64,000 nucleotides of DNA, taken from contig NC_135823.1 in assembly GCF_964213995.1 (NCBI RefSeq), positions 68,324,001-68,388,000 of the forward strand, in the 5' to 3' direction. The stretch comes from Mustelus asterias. Its lineage: Eukaryota. This document shows, one piece after another, positions 50,065 through 62,217 of this stretch. The notes under the pieces were generated by a model. It searched no databases, was not told the origin of the DNA, and saw only the letters and a program-made list of their open reading frames with translations. The first letter of the stretch is position 1. Each line of letters begins with the position of its first letter. Made by a program: the position numbers and the translations under genes.

Positions 50065-52030
50065 ATGGCAGCGGCACCCAGCAGACATTCCAGCTGGGCA
50101 TCAAGCCCCTCCCCGCCTCCATTTCTTGGATGACTGCCTCCATGCTCTTATGAAGGCAGTGAGTGCCAGGTGAAACATTCCAATGCCATGGGAATCACCA
50201 AGGCGGCCTGGGCAGAGGTGTAAGCCGAGATCAGTGGGCGCAATCTGGTCCATGCATGGATTCAGTCCCCAAAGGGTTCAGTGATCCTCTGCACTCAGCA
50301 AGGGTGATACTGAGTTGGCATGGTCCGATATGGAGAGAAGTATGGAAGAGTGCCCGTCCTTAGTTGCACTCATGGGTATAGGAATCAGAGTCTCAGAACA
50401 CACCATTGCCTATGTGTGTTAGGCTGCGAGAGAAGATCGGAAACCCTGGGTCCTTCTAAGGATCCTCTCCACTTGGAGCCGGCAGTTTGCGGTGTCGATG
50501 GTAGCTATGATATGGAGATGCCGGCGTTGGACTGGGGTAAGCACAGTAAGAAGTCTCACGACACCAGGTTAAAAACTGCCGGCTCCAAGTGGAGAAGATC
50601 GCCAAGAAAATCGCGCATATCGCTGCCAAATAAACCTGTTGGACTTTAACCTAGTATTGTGAGACGTCTTACTGTGCCTACCCCAGTCCAACGCCAGCAT
50701 CTGCACATCCCTTTAAGGATCAGATGTGCAAAGATGTCAGGAACATCCATATGGTTGGTGGGGGTGGGGGGAACAGCATGGTATGGCATTGGAAGTGGAG
50801 GGTTTGGTACTAAATGGAACTTTGAACGTACAGGAGAAACGTCGACACAACAATGCCACTGCACCTGCCACTGATGGTGGGGTGGCAAAGATGGTTATTC
50901 TCACCAGCCAGGAGCTAGGAGCCCTGGAGCTAGAAGGTGAGCAAGGAGAAAGGTTCTCAGATGGCGAGGAAGCTGGGGTCTCTGAGGAAGGTAAGAGTCC
51001 AACGAGAAGAAGCAGGACAGAAAAGAATATAGGAATATCTCATCCCTGATTGGGATTTCTGAGGAACAGTGACCAGTGATTCACCAATCACTGCGCCACT
51101 TTGATGTCACTGATACCACCTGCACCTTGCCACATAGCATGGGCATTGACTGTGTGATGGGTTTTAACACTGACCAATTGCTTTCCTCCCTCAGATGAGC
51201 CATCCTCTCGAGCCAGCCAGGAACATGATGACCTTCCATTAGCCCTGGAACAGGCGCGGATGACGGATGCACACATCACACCATCTCTCCACTCATCATG
51301 GCTGTGTCCACAAAAAGACCAGGCATGATCTTATTGAATGGCAGAGCAGGCTCGAGGGGCCAGATGACCTACTCCTGCTCCTAGATCTTATGTTCAATCA
51401 CCAGTGCAGACATTGGCATGTCAGTGTGAGGGCACCTCACTGGTGGAGGCATAGAGACCCAAGGAGCTGGCATTCGGGGAGATGAGCCTCTGGATTTGTC
51501 CATCAGGGGAAGATGCTGGATGTCCATTGGGATGCCATGGGGAGATCTGGCAGAGATTGCTGAGTGTCTGCGTACCATGGCCCCTGTCATCGAGGAGTCC
51601 ATGTGGAACATGAGCGCTGTGTTTACCCTGAGCACCGAGTGCACAGTCCCCTCCATTGAGAGAATAGCGACTCTTACAGAGATGCAGCTCCAGAGGTAGA
51701 ACCAGGCATTCCTGGGGTTGCAGTTGGACCTGCAAGCCCTCCTGCAGGAAATGCAGCATCCAGTCTCTCAGCTAGGTGTTCATCCATCCAAGGGGAGCAG
51801 GGAGGGACTGACATACATTACGCTAGCAGATGAGCTGTCTGTTATCTGTGTGGGCTCCGCTCACAGCTGACACCTCTGTGCCAGTCACTGCTCTATCCTC
51901 AGAGCCAACAACGACTGAGCAGCGCCCATCCATGTCACTGAGCGCAGCCTCTCAGCCAGAGGACGACCACCAACGTCACAGAGCCACAGGACATCACGGC
52001 CAGCAATCCGCCTCCAATGCTTCTGCCAGA
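50065..52030 (+). pseudogene. Harbinger Myb/SANT-like DNA-binding protein gene (spliced, disrupted)
   Basis: Exon 1 50065-50303: PRLHFLDDCLHALMKAVSAR..ITKAAWAEV*AEISGRN..WIQ..K.FSDPLHSAR|gt. Exon 2 50834-50990 (cag|..|gtaag): EKRRHN..TDGGVAKMVILTSQELGALEL. Exon 3 from 51195 with a coiled-coil-like segment. Confidence 0.72.
50509..50709. mobile_element. PLE family 1 inverted-terminus insertion in Myb intron 1
   Basis: gatatggagatgccggcgttggactgggg... paired with ...ccccagtccaacgccagcatctgcacatc. Confidence 0.8.
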
Positions 52031-52808
52031 GTGCGAGGGGCCGGGGTCAGAGTGCGAGGGGCCAAGTTCAGAGAGCAAGGGGCCGGGGTCAGAGAGCAAG
52101 GGGCCGGGGTCAGAGAGCAAGGGGCCGGGGTCAGAGAGCGAGGGGCCGGGGTCAGAGAGCGAGGGGCCGGGGTCAGAGAGCGAGGGGCCGAGTTCAGAGA
52201 GCGAGGGGCCGGGGTCAGAGAGCGAGGGGCCGGGGTCAGAGAGCGAGGGGCCGGGGTCAGAGAGCGAGGGGCCGGGGTCAGAGAGCGAGGGGCCAGGGTC
52301 AGAGAGCGAGGGGCCGGGGTCAGAGAGCGAGGGGCTGGGGTCAGAGAGCGAGGGGCCGGGGTCAGAGAGCGAGGGGCCGAGTTCAGAGAGCGAGGGGCCG
52401 GGGTCAGAGAGCGAGGGGCCGGGGTCAGAGAGCGAGGGGCCGGGATCAGAGAGCGAGGGGCCGGGGTCAGAGAGCGAGGGGCCGGGGTCAGAGAGCGAGG
52501 GGCCGGGGTCAGAGAGCGAGGGGCCGGGGTCAGAGAGCGAGGGGCCGGGGTCAGAGAGCGAGGGGCCGGGGTCAGAGAGCGAGGGGCCGGGGTCAGAGAG
52601 CGAGGGGCCGGGGTCAGGGTGCGTGGGGTTGGGATCAGAGAGCGAGGGGCCGGGGTCAGAGAGCGAGGGGCCGGGGTCAGAGAGCGAGGGGCCGGGGTCA
52701 GGGTGCGTGGGGTTGGGATCAGAGAGCGAGGGGCCGGGGTCAGGGTGCGTGGGGTTGGGATCATGGTGCGTGGGGTCGGGGTCAGAGAGCAAGGGGCCGG
52801 GGTTAGAG
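52027..52808 (+). repeat. 21-bp G-rich minisatellite (about 37 units)
   Basis: Unit gggtcagagagcgaggggccg, with variant units gggtgcgtggggttgggatca near the 3' end. Confidence 0.95.
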
Positions 52809-52833
52809 TATCAGGGGCACCCAGACACAGCAC

Positions 52834-53735
52834 TCACAAACCTGAGTTGAAGGCGCCTCCCTGGAGGTTCCCCATTTCGGCCTCTTCATCTTCACCGTTG
52901 ACCTGCCCAGACTCTGCATCATTGAATTCCTCCTTTAAGGCAGGTGCAACCGTCTCCGTGTCCCCCTGATGCTGTGGGAGTGATTGCGCCTTTCCTCTGC
53001 CTCTAGCCTTGGGTGCCTGAGAGGTGTCATCAACCATCTATTCAAGGGATGCCCCTTGCCACCCACCAACCACCCTGAGAGTGTCTCAATAGGTAGGCAC
53101 CATGGGAGTTGCCAGGACCCCTCGTACAGACCTGGAGAAACTGGGTCCTGTGGTCACACACAATTTGAACATTCAAGCAGCGAGACCCCTTCCTATTGAC
53201 AAAGGTGCCCGGCTGGCATCTTGATGGCAATGTGGGTGCAATCAATGGCACCCTGGATGAGAGGGAATCCTGCAATAGCTGTGAAGCTTCTGGCTCGCTC
53301 CATCTGGGCGACTTGGTCTGTCCTGAAATGAATGAATATTCTCACTCGCCTGAACAAAGCACCGGTCACCAGCTTGGTACAGCTGACTGGGAAACTCTGA
53401 AAAGATCACACATTGACCCCTGGAAAGATTTGGAGGCATAAAAGTTAAAGGCTACCATGACCTTGAGAGCCATGGGTGTCCACCCACACAGTTGGAGGCT
53501 AACTCTGGTCAATCCTCTGGCATCTGGACATGACAATTTCCCTTGGAAGACGGAGCCGCCTCTGGCACTGGACCTCTGTCATTCCGAGGTTGTTGGAGCG
53601 CTGCCTGTTGACCCCGGCAGCTGGACAGTAGCATCTTTTACAGGGCCGCTTTCCTTGCCCTCCCTCCTGGCCCTGAACACCCTGTGCCTGCATCTCTACT
53701 CTGAGGAGATACCCATGACCACATGGCCTCCTTAG
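52834..53735 (-). pseudogene. Harbinger (HARBI1-like) transposase, disrupted with C-terminal deletion
   Basis: MTEVQCQRRLRLPRE; MALKVMVAFNFYASKSFQGSMCDLFRVSQSA; GAIDCTH; [29 protein letters not shown]; [16 protein letters not shown]. Confidence 0.88.
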
Positions 53736-54280
53736 TTAGGCCGCGCTTGTAATATAGTGTTCAATTCTGGTTGCCGCACTACCAGAAGGATGTGGAGGTT
53801 TTGGAGAAGGTACAGAAAAAATTTACCAGGATGTTGCCTGGTATGGAGGGCATTAGCTATGAGGAGAGGTTGGAGAAACTTAGTTTTTTCTCACTGGGGC
53901 GACCTGAAAGAAGTCTACAAGATTATGAGGGGCATGGACAGAGTGGACAGTCAGAAGCTTTTTCCCAGGGTGGAAGAGTCAATTACTACAGGGGCAAGGG
54001 TTAACATAGGTTTAAGGTGCAAGGGGCAAGGTTTAAAGGAGATGTACGAGGCAAGTCTTTTTTACACAGAGGGTGGTGGGTGCCTGGAACTCGCTGCCGG
54101 GGAAGCGGATACGATAGTGACTTTTCAGGGACGTCTTGACAAATACATGACTAGGATGGGAATGAGGGATATGGTCCCCGGAAGGGTAGGGGGTTTTAGT
54201 TAAGTCAGGCAGCATGGTCGGTGCAGGCTTGGACGGCCGAAGGGCCTGTTCCTGTGCTGTAATTTTCTTTGCTCTTTGTT
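53736..54280 (+). mobile_element. CR1 3' fragment inserted in the Harbinger transposase 5' region
   Basis: PHYQKDVEVLEKVQKKFTRMLPGMEG; CR1 tail. Confidence 0.9.
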
Positions 54281-54861
54281 CTCCTCTCCCTTCAGCCCCT
54301 CTCTTCCTGAGAGGAGTGGGTAGTGCCTGCTGAGTACACAATACCCAATGGCTGAAATACTAGGGGAGCTGACCTGTGCACAGTAGATGCCAACTCCCAT
54401 CACAGCTCTCTGTATAAGTATACTTTAGCCTTTTTAACTTGAGTCCAAACTTCTTAACCCTTCTTTGAAATTTACCTTTTCCACAATATATATTTTTTTA
54501 TTATCTCTTTATGGCCACCGCTTTCAGGTAAAATAAAATTAAAATAAAATTGAACAGCTTTGCCTTACTTATTTATGACCTTTTCCAAGTTGTAAACACG
54601 CCCCTTTTTACTTCCCTTTGAAACATAACAACTGAACACAACAAACGTTATCTCCTAATGCAAATTTCTACCTATATTGTATGTATCTGCAGAACAACCA
54701 ATCTGGCCATATTCATTTCAAGTGCCTGCCTTTCACATCAGTGCAAACGCACACATGCGCGCACCTTGCACAAGCCAGTCAATCAATTCTGACTTGTTAC
54801 TCAATACTAAATCTAGGATACCCCCCATTGTTGAGGTATGAACCTTGACACTTCTAAAACA

Positions 54862-55423
54862 TTGTTCTTCATGTTTGATTCCTAACTCACAGGCCACAAT
54901 CAGTAAGGATCGGCAACAACACCTCCTCCACGATCATCCTCAACACCGATGCCCCACAAGGCTGTGTTCTCAGCCCCCTACTATACTCCTTATACACCTA
55001 TGACTGTGTGGCCAAATTCCCCTCCAACACGATTTTTGCTGAAGACACCACTGTAGTGGGTCGGATCTCAAACAATGAGACAGAGAATGAGATAGAGAAT
55101 ATAGTGACTTAGTGCAGTGAAAATAATCTCTCCCTCAATGTCAACGAAACGAAGGAGATTGTCATCAACTTCAGGAAGCGTAAAGGAGAACATGCCCCTG
55201 TCTACATCAGCGGGGACGAAGTAGAAATGGTCGAGAGCCTCAAGTTTTTAGGTGTCCAGGTCACCAACAACTGTCCTGGTCCCCCCAGCTATGGCTGTAA
55301 CACTACATTCTGCACCCTCTCCTTTCCTTCTCTATGAACGGTATGCTTTGTATAGTGTGCAAGAAACAATACTTTTCACTGTATACTAATACATGTGACA
55401 ATAATAAATTAAATCAAATCAAA
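54862..55423 (+). mobile_element. Rex1/Babar LINE: RT core joined by internal deletion to the 3'UTR
   Basis: RPQSVRIGNNTSSTIILNTDAPQGCVLSPLLYSLYTYDC...TKEIVINFRK; jumps to the tail at about 55287. Confidence 0.85.
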
Positions 55424-55574
55424 TTTAAAAGCTCAAAGTTATGACTTTGGGGGAACATGGGGGGTGGGCACGAAGAGGAACAGTAGATAAATACATCCTG
55501 ACAATGGAGTAGGATTCCTATCCTACTCTAGTTAATTTAGTAAATACCCAACCGAAATCTATCCAGAGCTTTTT

Positions 55575-55985
55575 TGATTTGATTTATTATGGTCACATGT
55601 ATTAGTATACAGTGAAAAGTATTGTTTCTTGCGTGGTATACAGACAGAGCATATCGTTCATAGAGAAGGAAAGGAGAGAGTGTAGAATGTAGTGTTACAG
55701 TCATAGCTAGGGTATAGAGAAAGATCAACTTGATATGAGATAGGTGCATTCAAAAGTCTGATGGCAGTAGGGAAGAAGCTGTTCTTGAGTTGGTTGGTAC
55801 ACGTTCTCAGACTTTTGTACCTTTTTCCTGACGGAAGAAGGTGGAAGAGAGAATGTCCAGAGTGTGTGGGGTCCTTAATTATGCTGGCTGTTTTTCCGAG
55901 ACAGCGGGAAGTGTAGACAGAGTCAATGGATGGGAGGCTGGTGTGCGTTATGGTCTGGGCTTAGTTCATGACCTTTTGTAGTTTT
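55575..55985 (-). mobile_element. Rex1/Babar 3' fragment
   Basis: Reverse-complement consensus. Confidence 0.85.
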
Positions 55986-56632
55986 GTGGTAATCTTTTAC
56001 AGGTCAAATCACGTTTCGTAAACTACAGCACAAGAAAAACAGTGTGGTAATGTTGCATGAAAGAGGACCAATCAAAAGCTATTGCTGAAACTCATGTTTG
56101 GCTGCTTTGAAGGGTCGGGTTTCCCTATTCTCTTAGCTGCAGACAATGTATGCCTGCAATAAAAAATGATGCATTCTTGCCAAGGTAGGGTATGATGACA
56201 ACCTTCTTTAAACTCAGTCACAAAACACAGATGGGGCAATTTTCCAGCCAGGTGCTGTTTGCAAATGTGTGCTGCACCCCAAGCAGAAGTGGAGCACCTG
56301 CACCTTCTAAATCCACTCGCTTGCAAAGACAGGGCACACTTGTGCTCTTGTGATGGTGTTGAGCCAGCCAACCCGGTGACAGAAACTTCAAACACATTTT
56401 GGGCTAAAAAGCCTGGAGGCAAGGAACAAGAAGCAGCGAGATGAAGCAAATGCAGAAGAATCAAAAGTTTGGCTGTAAGGTTCTGTGCAAAAGGTAAATT
56501 GCAGCTTTGGCTGTTTCTGATAGATTAATTTTATAGGTTTAGAAGAAAATACCTCAAAAATATTATGCTCTGAGTCTACGCTGGAATTTAAGCTCTGTTT
56601 GCTACTTGTAAAACTCTCTCTCCTCATTAGCC

Positions 56633-56881
56633 TTTTTCTGATTCACTGACAGAATAGGGTATCAGCGTGAAGACAGTTTGATGAGGTGTCATACCCTTGC
56701 CTTGGGCAGAGAAGTCTTCCAAACAGCTGGATGCTATGTGCAGTGGAAACAACGCCAGTCCAACGCCGGCATCTCCATATCAGTGGAAAGTAACAGAGGA
56801 ACTGATCTCTATACTGCACTGTCTAATGCACATGGGGTAGAGTGCTGGAAGAAGCTGACTGATCTCATCAAAAGCAATAAG
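56633..56881 (+). pseudogene. Second decayed Myb/SANT (Harbinger accessory) exon
   Basis: FSD...WAE...ECWKKLTDLIKSNK|gtaagg; donor at the position equivalent to 50303. Confidence 0.4.
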
Positions 56882-57149
56882 GTAAGGCACTGTGTGGCTA
56901 TGCTTCCCATCGTGAAGGAAGCAATTGTCTGCACCTCGCAATGTCTCTTCTTTTGCACATGTCCTGAAAGTATTCTGTCTTCATTCTTTTTGAATCATCT
57001 TTCAGCACTGTTCATTCTCACAGCAGCAGCAAGTCTACTGCTGGAAGCTTCCAACCTTTAATGTCTCTTCATTCTATGTGACATACTCCTTCCTCTAATC
57101 AGTCCCCTTCTGGTATTGGATTCTTAAATATCACTTCTCATTATTATCT

Positions 57150-58460
57150 CTTGGAACCACACAGCACAGAAGGAGGCTCTTCATCTCATTGTGCCTGGTC
57201 TGACTCTTTGCTGGAGCTTTTCATTGATTGGAGTTCCACTGCATTGTACTTTCCCTGCAGCCCTGAAATTCTTTTCCCTTCAAGAGTTTATCTCATTCTC
57301 TTGTTAAACAATTAGATTTGCCTCCATCATCCTATCAGCAGTGCGAACCAGATCACAACATCTCGCTATGTTAAAAAAAACATGTTGTCTATGGTTCTTT
57401 TACCAATCACCTTTAATCTAATCTCTAGCGCCTGACCCTTCTGCTATGGGCAACAGTTTCCCCTTACTTAATCCACCAAATGTTGTCTTCTCTGCCCTAA
57501 GGAGTGTAGCTGCAGCCTCTCCACTTCACAACTGCTCCTCATCTCTGCTACCGCTCTAGTAAATCTCTTCTGAACTCTCTCCAAAAACTTCCAAAAATCT
57601 TGCGCCCAGAATTGAACTCCAGCTGAGGCCTAACCAATGTTTTATAAAGATTCGGCATGAACTTCCTTCCTTTTCTACTCTACTCCTCTATTAATAAAGC
57701 CAAGGTACCCAAACCATTTTTTTTTAAAAAAACAGCGTTTCCAACTTATCCTGCCAGCTTCAAAGATTTGGGACTACATGGGTTCCTTTCCCATTTAGTT
57801 TATATTGTGGCTTCCCGGTCTTCCAAACAAAATGCATCGCTTCACATTTGGCTGTGTTAAATTTTATCACTATGTACCTGCCCATGTTATCAGTCTATCC
57901 AAATCCTTCCAAGTCTGTTTCTATCCTTCTCATTGTTTATTATATTGTCAAGTCTCATATCAACTTCAACCTTTAAAAGCATACTTTACGTGCCTCTGGT
58001 TATTTGTACGTGTCGATAACAGCAGGGTCCCAATACTGACTCGCTGCAGGAATGCAATTATATTGTACCCTCTACTCTGAAAAAAGACCTTTATCAGTAC
58101 ATACTGTTTCTGTCCTTTGGCCAGTTTTGCATCCACACTGCCACTGTCCCTTAATCCCATGAGCTGTAATTTTGCTAACAAGTCTATTACGTGGTACTTT
58201 GTCAAGCAACTTGTAAATTTCATTCACACCATACCAACCACACTATCCTCAACCTCCTCCTCTGTTACTTCATCAAAGAACGGAATCAAGTTGGTCAAAT
58301 ACAAATTGCCTTGAACAATTCCAATCTGATTTTCATTTCTTAGCCCATACTTATCAAAACAATAACTGATTTTATCCCGAATTATTGTCCTTAGAAGTGT
58401 CTCCACCACAGACGTGAAGCTGACTGGTCTGTAGTTGCTGGGTATATCCCTCTGTAGAAC
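57150..58460 (-). mobile_element. Old CR1 RT fragment
   Basis: PSNYRPVSFTSVV..LL..IIRDKI...NQ.G...LTNLI.FFDEVT. Confidence 0.8.
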
Positions 58461-58486
58461 CATCAAATCTGTGCACCTGCAAAATA

Positions 58487-58780
58487 GGACGGCACGGTGG
58501 CACAGTGGTTAGCACTGCTGCCCCACTGCGCCAGGGACCCGGGTTTGATTCCCGGCTTGGGTCACTGTCTGTGTGGAGTCTGCACGTTCTCCCCGTGGGT
58601 TTCCTCCAAGTGCTCCGGTTTCGTCCCACAATCCGAAAGACATGCTGGTTAGGCGCATTGGCCATGCTAAATTCTCCCTCAGTGTACCCAGAGTGTGGTG
58701 GCTTAGGGAATTTCACAGTAAACTCATTGTGGTGTTAATGTAAGCCTACTTGTAACACTAATAAATAAACTTTAAACTTT
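58487..58780 (+). mobile_element. V-SINE, type 2 tail
   Basis: Consensus match. Confidence 0.85.
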
Positions 58781-60044
58781 ATTCAGTGAGTGGCTCTAAG
58801 TTGGGACATTATGCACATGACTGTGAAAGAGAGCATAATGCTCTCTCCCTCTCAGGGAAAAACGACTTTCATGTTCTTCCTCCGATCCATCAGTCCTGAC
58901 TGTTCATGAATCAGAAGGTTGGCTTCAAAAAAGTTGCCATTACAAGTGTATTCTCAGGAAGGCTAAAGGTCACATCTGTCATAGCATCACATCCCAGAAC
59001 TCCAACCTAGCCCTGTCTCCCTGTTGCCTGTCAATGGGAGTTCATTGAAGTGAAGCACTGACGTAGGTAGCCTTGCACCCACATCACCACTATGGAAAAA
59101 GCAGGTAAGAGGGAAACACTTTGGTGCTGAAGATTAGTCAGTAACTTTCTCACTGCATTTAAATTCAATCACTGTTCGTCTGTGCTGTATCACTCCATGA
59201 TCCTAGCTCTTTGCTAGAAGCAGTTTATGTCTGAGGGGTGAGCCAGATGAATATCTGTATTGCTCTCAAAGAAGCTTTCCCAACCAAGCATCTCTCGTAA
59301 GGAGAGAAAATATTGTTAAAACACTGCAATGATCATTGAATCAAAGAGTTCTGAAGCTGCAAACTTATCTTATATCCAAAGGTCCAAAAATAAACATTTT
59401 TTTGGACAAGAAGAGCCAATCTCCTTAAGACAGCTGGCACCTAGATGCTGGAAGCTACAGAGACAGATTTTTGGAAGCAGTTTTCCCCTGAAATGGATGT
59501 GCCAATGGAGCAGAAAATCTGAGGGCACAGGTATCTGACACTAATTCCTATGCAGCTTGTATAAGTGCACCCTCTCTGCAAGTAGTCAGGTGCAACCAGC
59601 TGAAACACCACTCAGTAAGTTCAGATGCTGTGTTATTCAAGCATAAAATGATGCAAAGGATTAGCACCCAGTTTTTCCCATGCATAGCACCCAGATTTGG
59701 GCACTAAACTAAGTCAGGAATCTTGTACCAATTCTATCCTGATATAATGTTGTAAACTGGAGAAGGGAACAATTTAAACTTAATTATCTGACTGCCTCAG
59801 ATGACAACTGACCAGCATTTTGTTTTGGATTTGAAGGATCCGTTATTCCAAATTCAAAAGTGCTGAGATGTTCCAGCATTTTCTCTTTTGGTTTCAGATT
59901 CCAGCATCCGCAGTAATTTGCTTTTACCAAAAGTTATCATATCTCCTTTGTTTTAGGGTTCAAGGACTGATTCTGTTTGGAATTGAAGAACAGTTGGGAG
60001 ATCCCATGAGTAGAGGCAGTTTGATGTTCAAGAAAGACAAAGAA

Positions 60045-60340
60045 GGTCTTGCATTTAGCACCTCCAGAACACTCCAGAGCACTTCACGGTAAATGCTGTA
60101 CTTCTGAAGTGCCTTGTTTGACAAGGTCAAGTCTTACAGATTACAATTGTAATGTAGGAAATGTGATACTCAATTTGTGCACAGGCAACTCCCATAGCAA
60201 CAACGTGATCACGGGCAGAGAATCTGTTTTTGTGTTTTTCACTGAAGGATGAATATCGACCAGGACAGTAATCTTCATCGAAACAGTGCCACCTGGGAGA
60301 GCACACAAGGCCTCGGTTTATAGTCTCATCTGAAAGATTG
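60045..60340 (-). mobile_element. DeuSINE-like (SacSINE1/AmnSINE1-related) relic
   Basis: ggcctcggtttatagtctcatctgaaag matches the recalled Deu core (ctttcggatgagacgttaaaccgaggcc) on the reverse strand; L2-like tail. Confidence 0.55.
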
Positions 60341-60504
60341 CAGGAAATCCATGTTTAATAATTCATTTTAATTTAGTTATGTGCAATTATCAAGGAATCA
60401 AAGTGCATTAATTCAACATGGAAGGCACTACTATCATACTACATGAGCCTCTATCTTCAGGTGCACTTCTCCTTGACAAGTGAAATGTGATTTGATTTTG
60501 ATTT

Positions 60505-61461
60505 GAACAAAGAACAAAGAACAATACAGCACAGGAACAGGCCCTTCGGCCCTCCAAGCCCACGCCGCTCCCTGGTCCAAACTAGACCATTCTTTTGTAT
60601 CCCTCTATTCCCACTCCGTTCATGTGGCTATCTAGATAAGTCTTAAATGTTCCCAGTGTGTCCGCCTCCACCACCTTGCCCGGCAGCGCATTCCAGGCCC
60701 CCGCCACCCTCTGTGTAAAATACGTCCTTCTGATATCCGTGTTAAACCTCCCCCCCCTCACCTTGAACCTATGACCCCTCATGAACATCACCACCGACCT
60801 GGGAAAAAGCTTCCCATCGTTCACCCTATCTATGCCTTTCATAATTTTGTACACCTCTATTAGGTCACCTTCCTCCGTCTTTCCAGTGAGAACAACCCCA
60901 GTTTACCCAATCTCTCCTCATAACTAAGCCCTTCCATACCAGGCAGCATCCTGGTAAACCTCCTCTGCACTCTCTCTAAAGCCTCCACATCCTTCTGGTA
61001 GTGTGGCGACCAGAACTGGGTGCAGTATTCCAAATGCGGCCAAACCAACGCTCTATACAACCGCAACATCAGACCCCAACTTTTATACTCTATGCCCCGT
61101 CCTATAAAGGCAAGCATGCCATATGCCTTCTTCACTACCTTCTCCACCTGTGCCGTCACCTTCAAGGATCTGTGGACTTGCACACCCAGGTCCCTCTGCG
61201 TATCTACACCCTTTATGGTTCTGCCATTTATCGTATAGCTCCCCCCTACGTTAGTTCTACCAAAATGCATCATTTCGCATTTATCTGGATTGAACTCCAT
61301 CTACCATTTCTTTGCCCAAATTTCCAGCCTATCTATATCCTTCTGTAGCCTCTGACAATGTTCCTCACTATCTGCAAGCCCAGCCATTTTCGTGTCGTCC
61401 GCAAACTTACTGATCACCCCAGTTACACCTTCTTCCAGATCGTTTATATAAATCACAAACA
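60505..61461 (-). mobile_element. CR1 LINE 3' 1 kb
   Basis: ORFs 60860..61300 and 60582..60854; KFADDTK at about 61400. Confidence 0.93.
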
Positions 61462-61464
61462 GTT

Positions 61465-61728
61465 TTGATTTGATTTATTATTGTCACATGTAGTAGCATG
61501 AAGTGAAAAGTATTATTTCTTGCGCGTTACACAGAATATACCGTTCATAGAGAAGGAAATGAGAGAGTGCAGAATGTAGTGTTACAGTCATAGCTCGGGT
61601 GTAGAGAAGCGTCAACTTAGTGCAAGGTAGGTCCATTCAAAAGTCTGATGGCAGCAGGAAAGAAGCTGTTCTTGAGTTGGTTGGTATGTGTCCTGACTTT
61701 TGTATCTTTTTCCCGACGGAAGAAGGTG
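61465..61728 (-). mobile_element. Rex1 3' fragment whose (tgatt)n tail is split by the CR1
   Basis: tgatttgatt on both sides of the CR1 (about 60489 and 61465). Confidence 0.75.
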
Positions 61729-61892
61729 TCATATTACCTTTGGCCAAAATAAGGTTACATTTTATGGTTTTACAATGGGACAAATGGTGAAGGAAACCCA
61801 GTGTTATCACTTAGGCTTGACTACAGGGCAAATGTAAGGTGCAGTTTAATTATCAATGTACTTGCTTAATTACTTGTAGTTTGATTATCAAA

Positions 61893-62217
61893 GCACGGTG
61901 GCGTAGTGGTTAGCACTGCTGCCTCTTGGCACCAGAACCGGGTTTCATTCCGGCCTCGGGTGACTGACTGTGTGGAGTTTGCACATTCTCCCCGTGTCTG
62001 TGTGGGTTTCCTCCGGGTGCTCCGGTTTCCTCCCACATTCCAAAGATGTGCGGGTTAGGTTGATTGGTCATGGTAAAATTGCCGCTGAGTGTCGGGTGAT
62101 TAGCAAAGTAAATATGTGGGGTTGTGGGGATAGGGCCTGGGTGGGATTGTCATCAGTGCAGGCTCAATGGGCCGAATGGCCTTCTTCTGCTCTTTAGGGA
62201 TTCTGAGACCCTATGAT
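61893..62217 (+). mobile_element. V-SINE (HE1-like)
   Basis: Consensus match. Confidence 0.85.

Larger units (their letters stand above)
49837..54410. mobile_element. Decayed autonomous-type Harbinger transposon (Myb/SANT gene and transposase, convergent)
   Basis: TIR-like gggtgagaattttatg at the left end, both gene relics present; right TIR not identified. Confidence 0.75.

Noticed and set aside
51830-52969. 379-aa ORF and overlapping 277-285-aa ORFs
   Set aside because: Produced by the 21-bp minisatellite being open in several frames on both strands.
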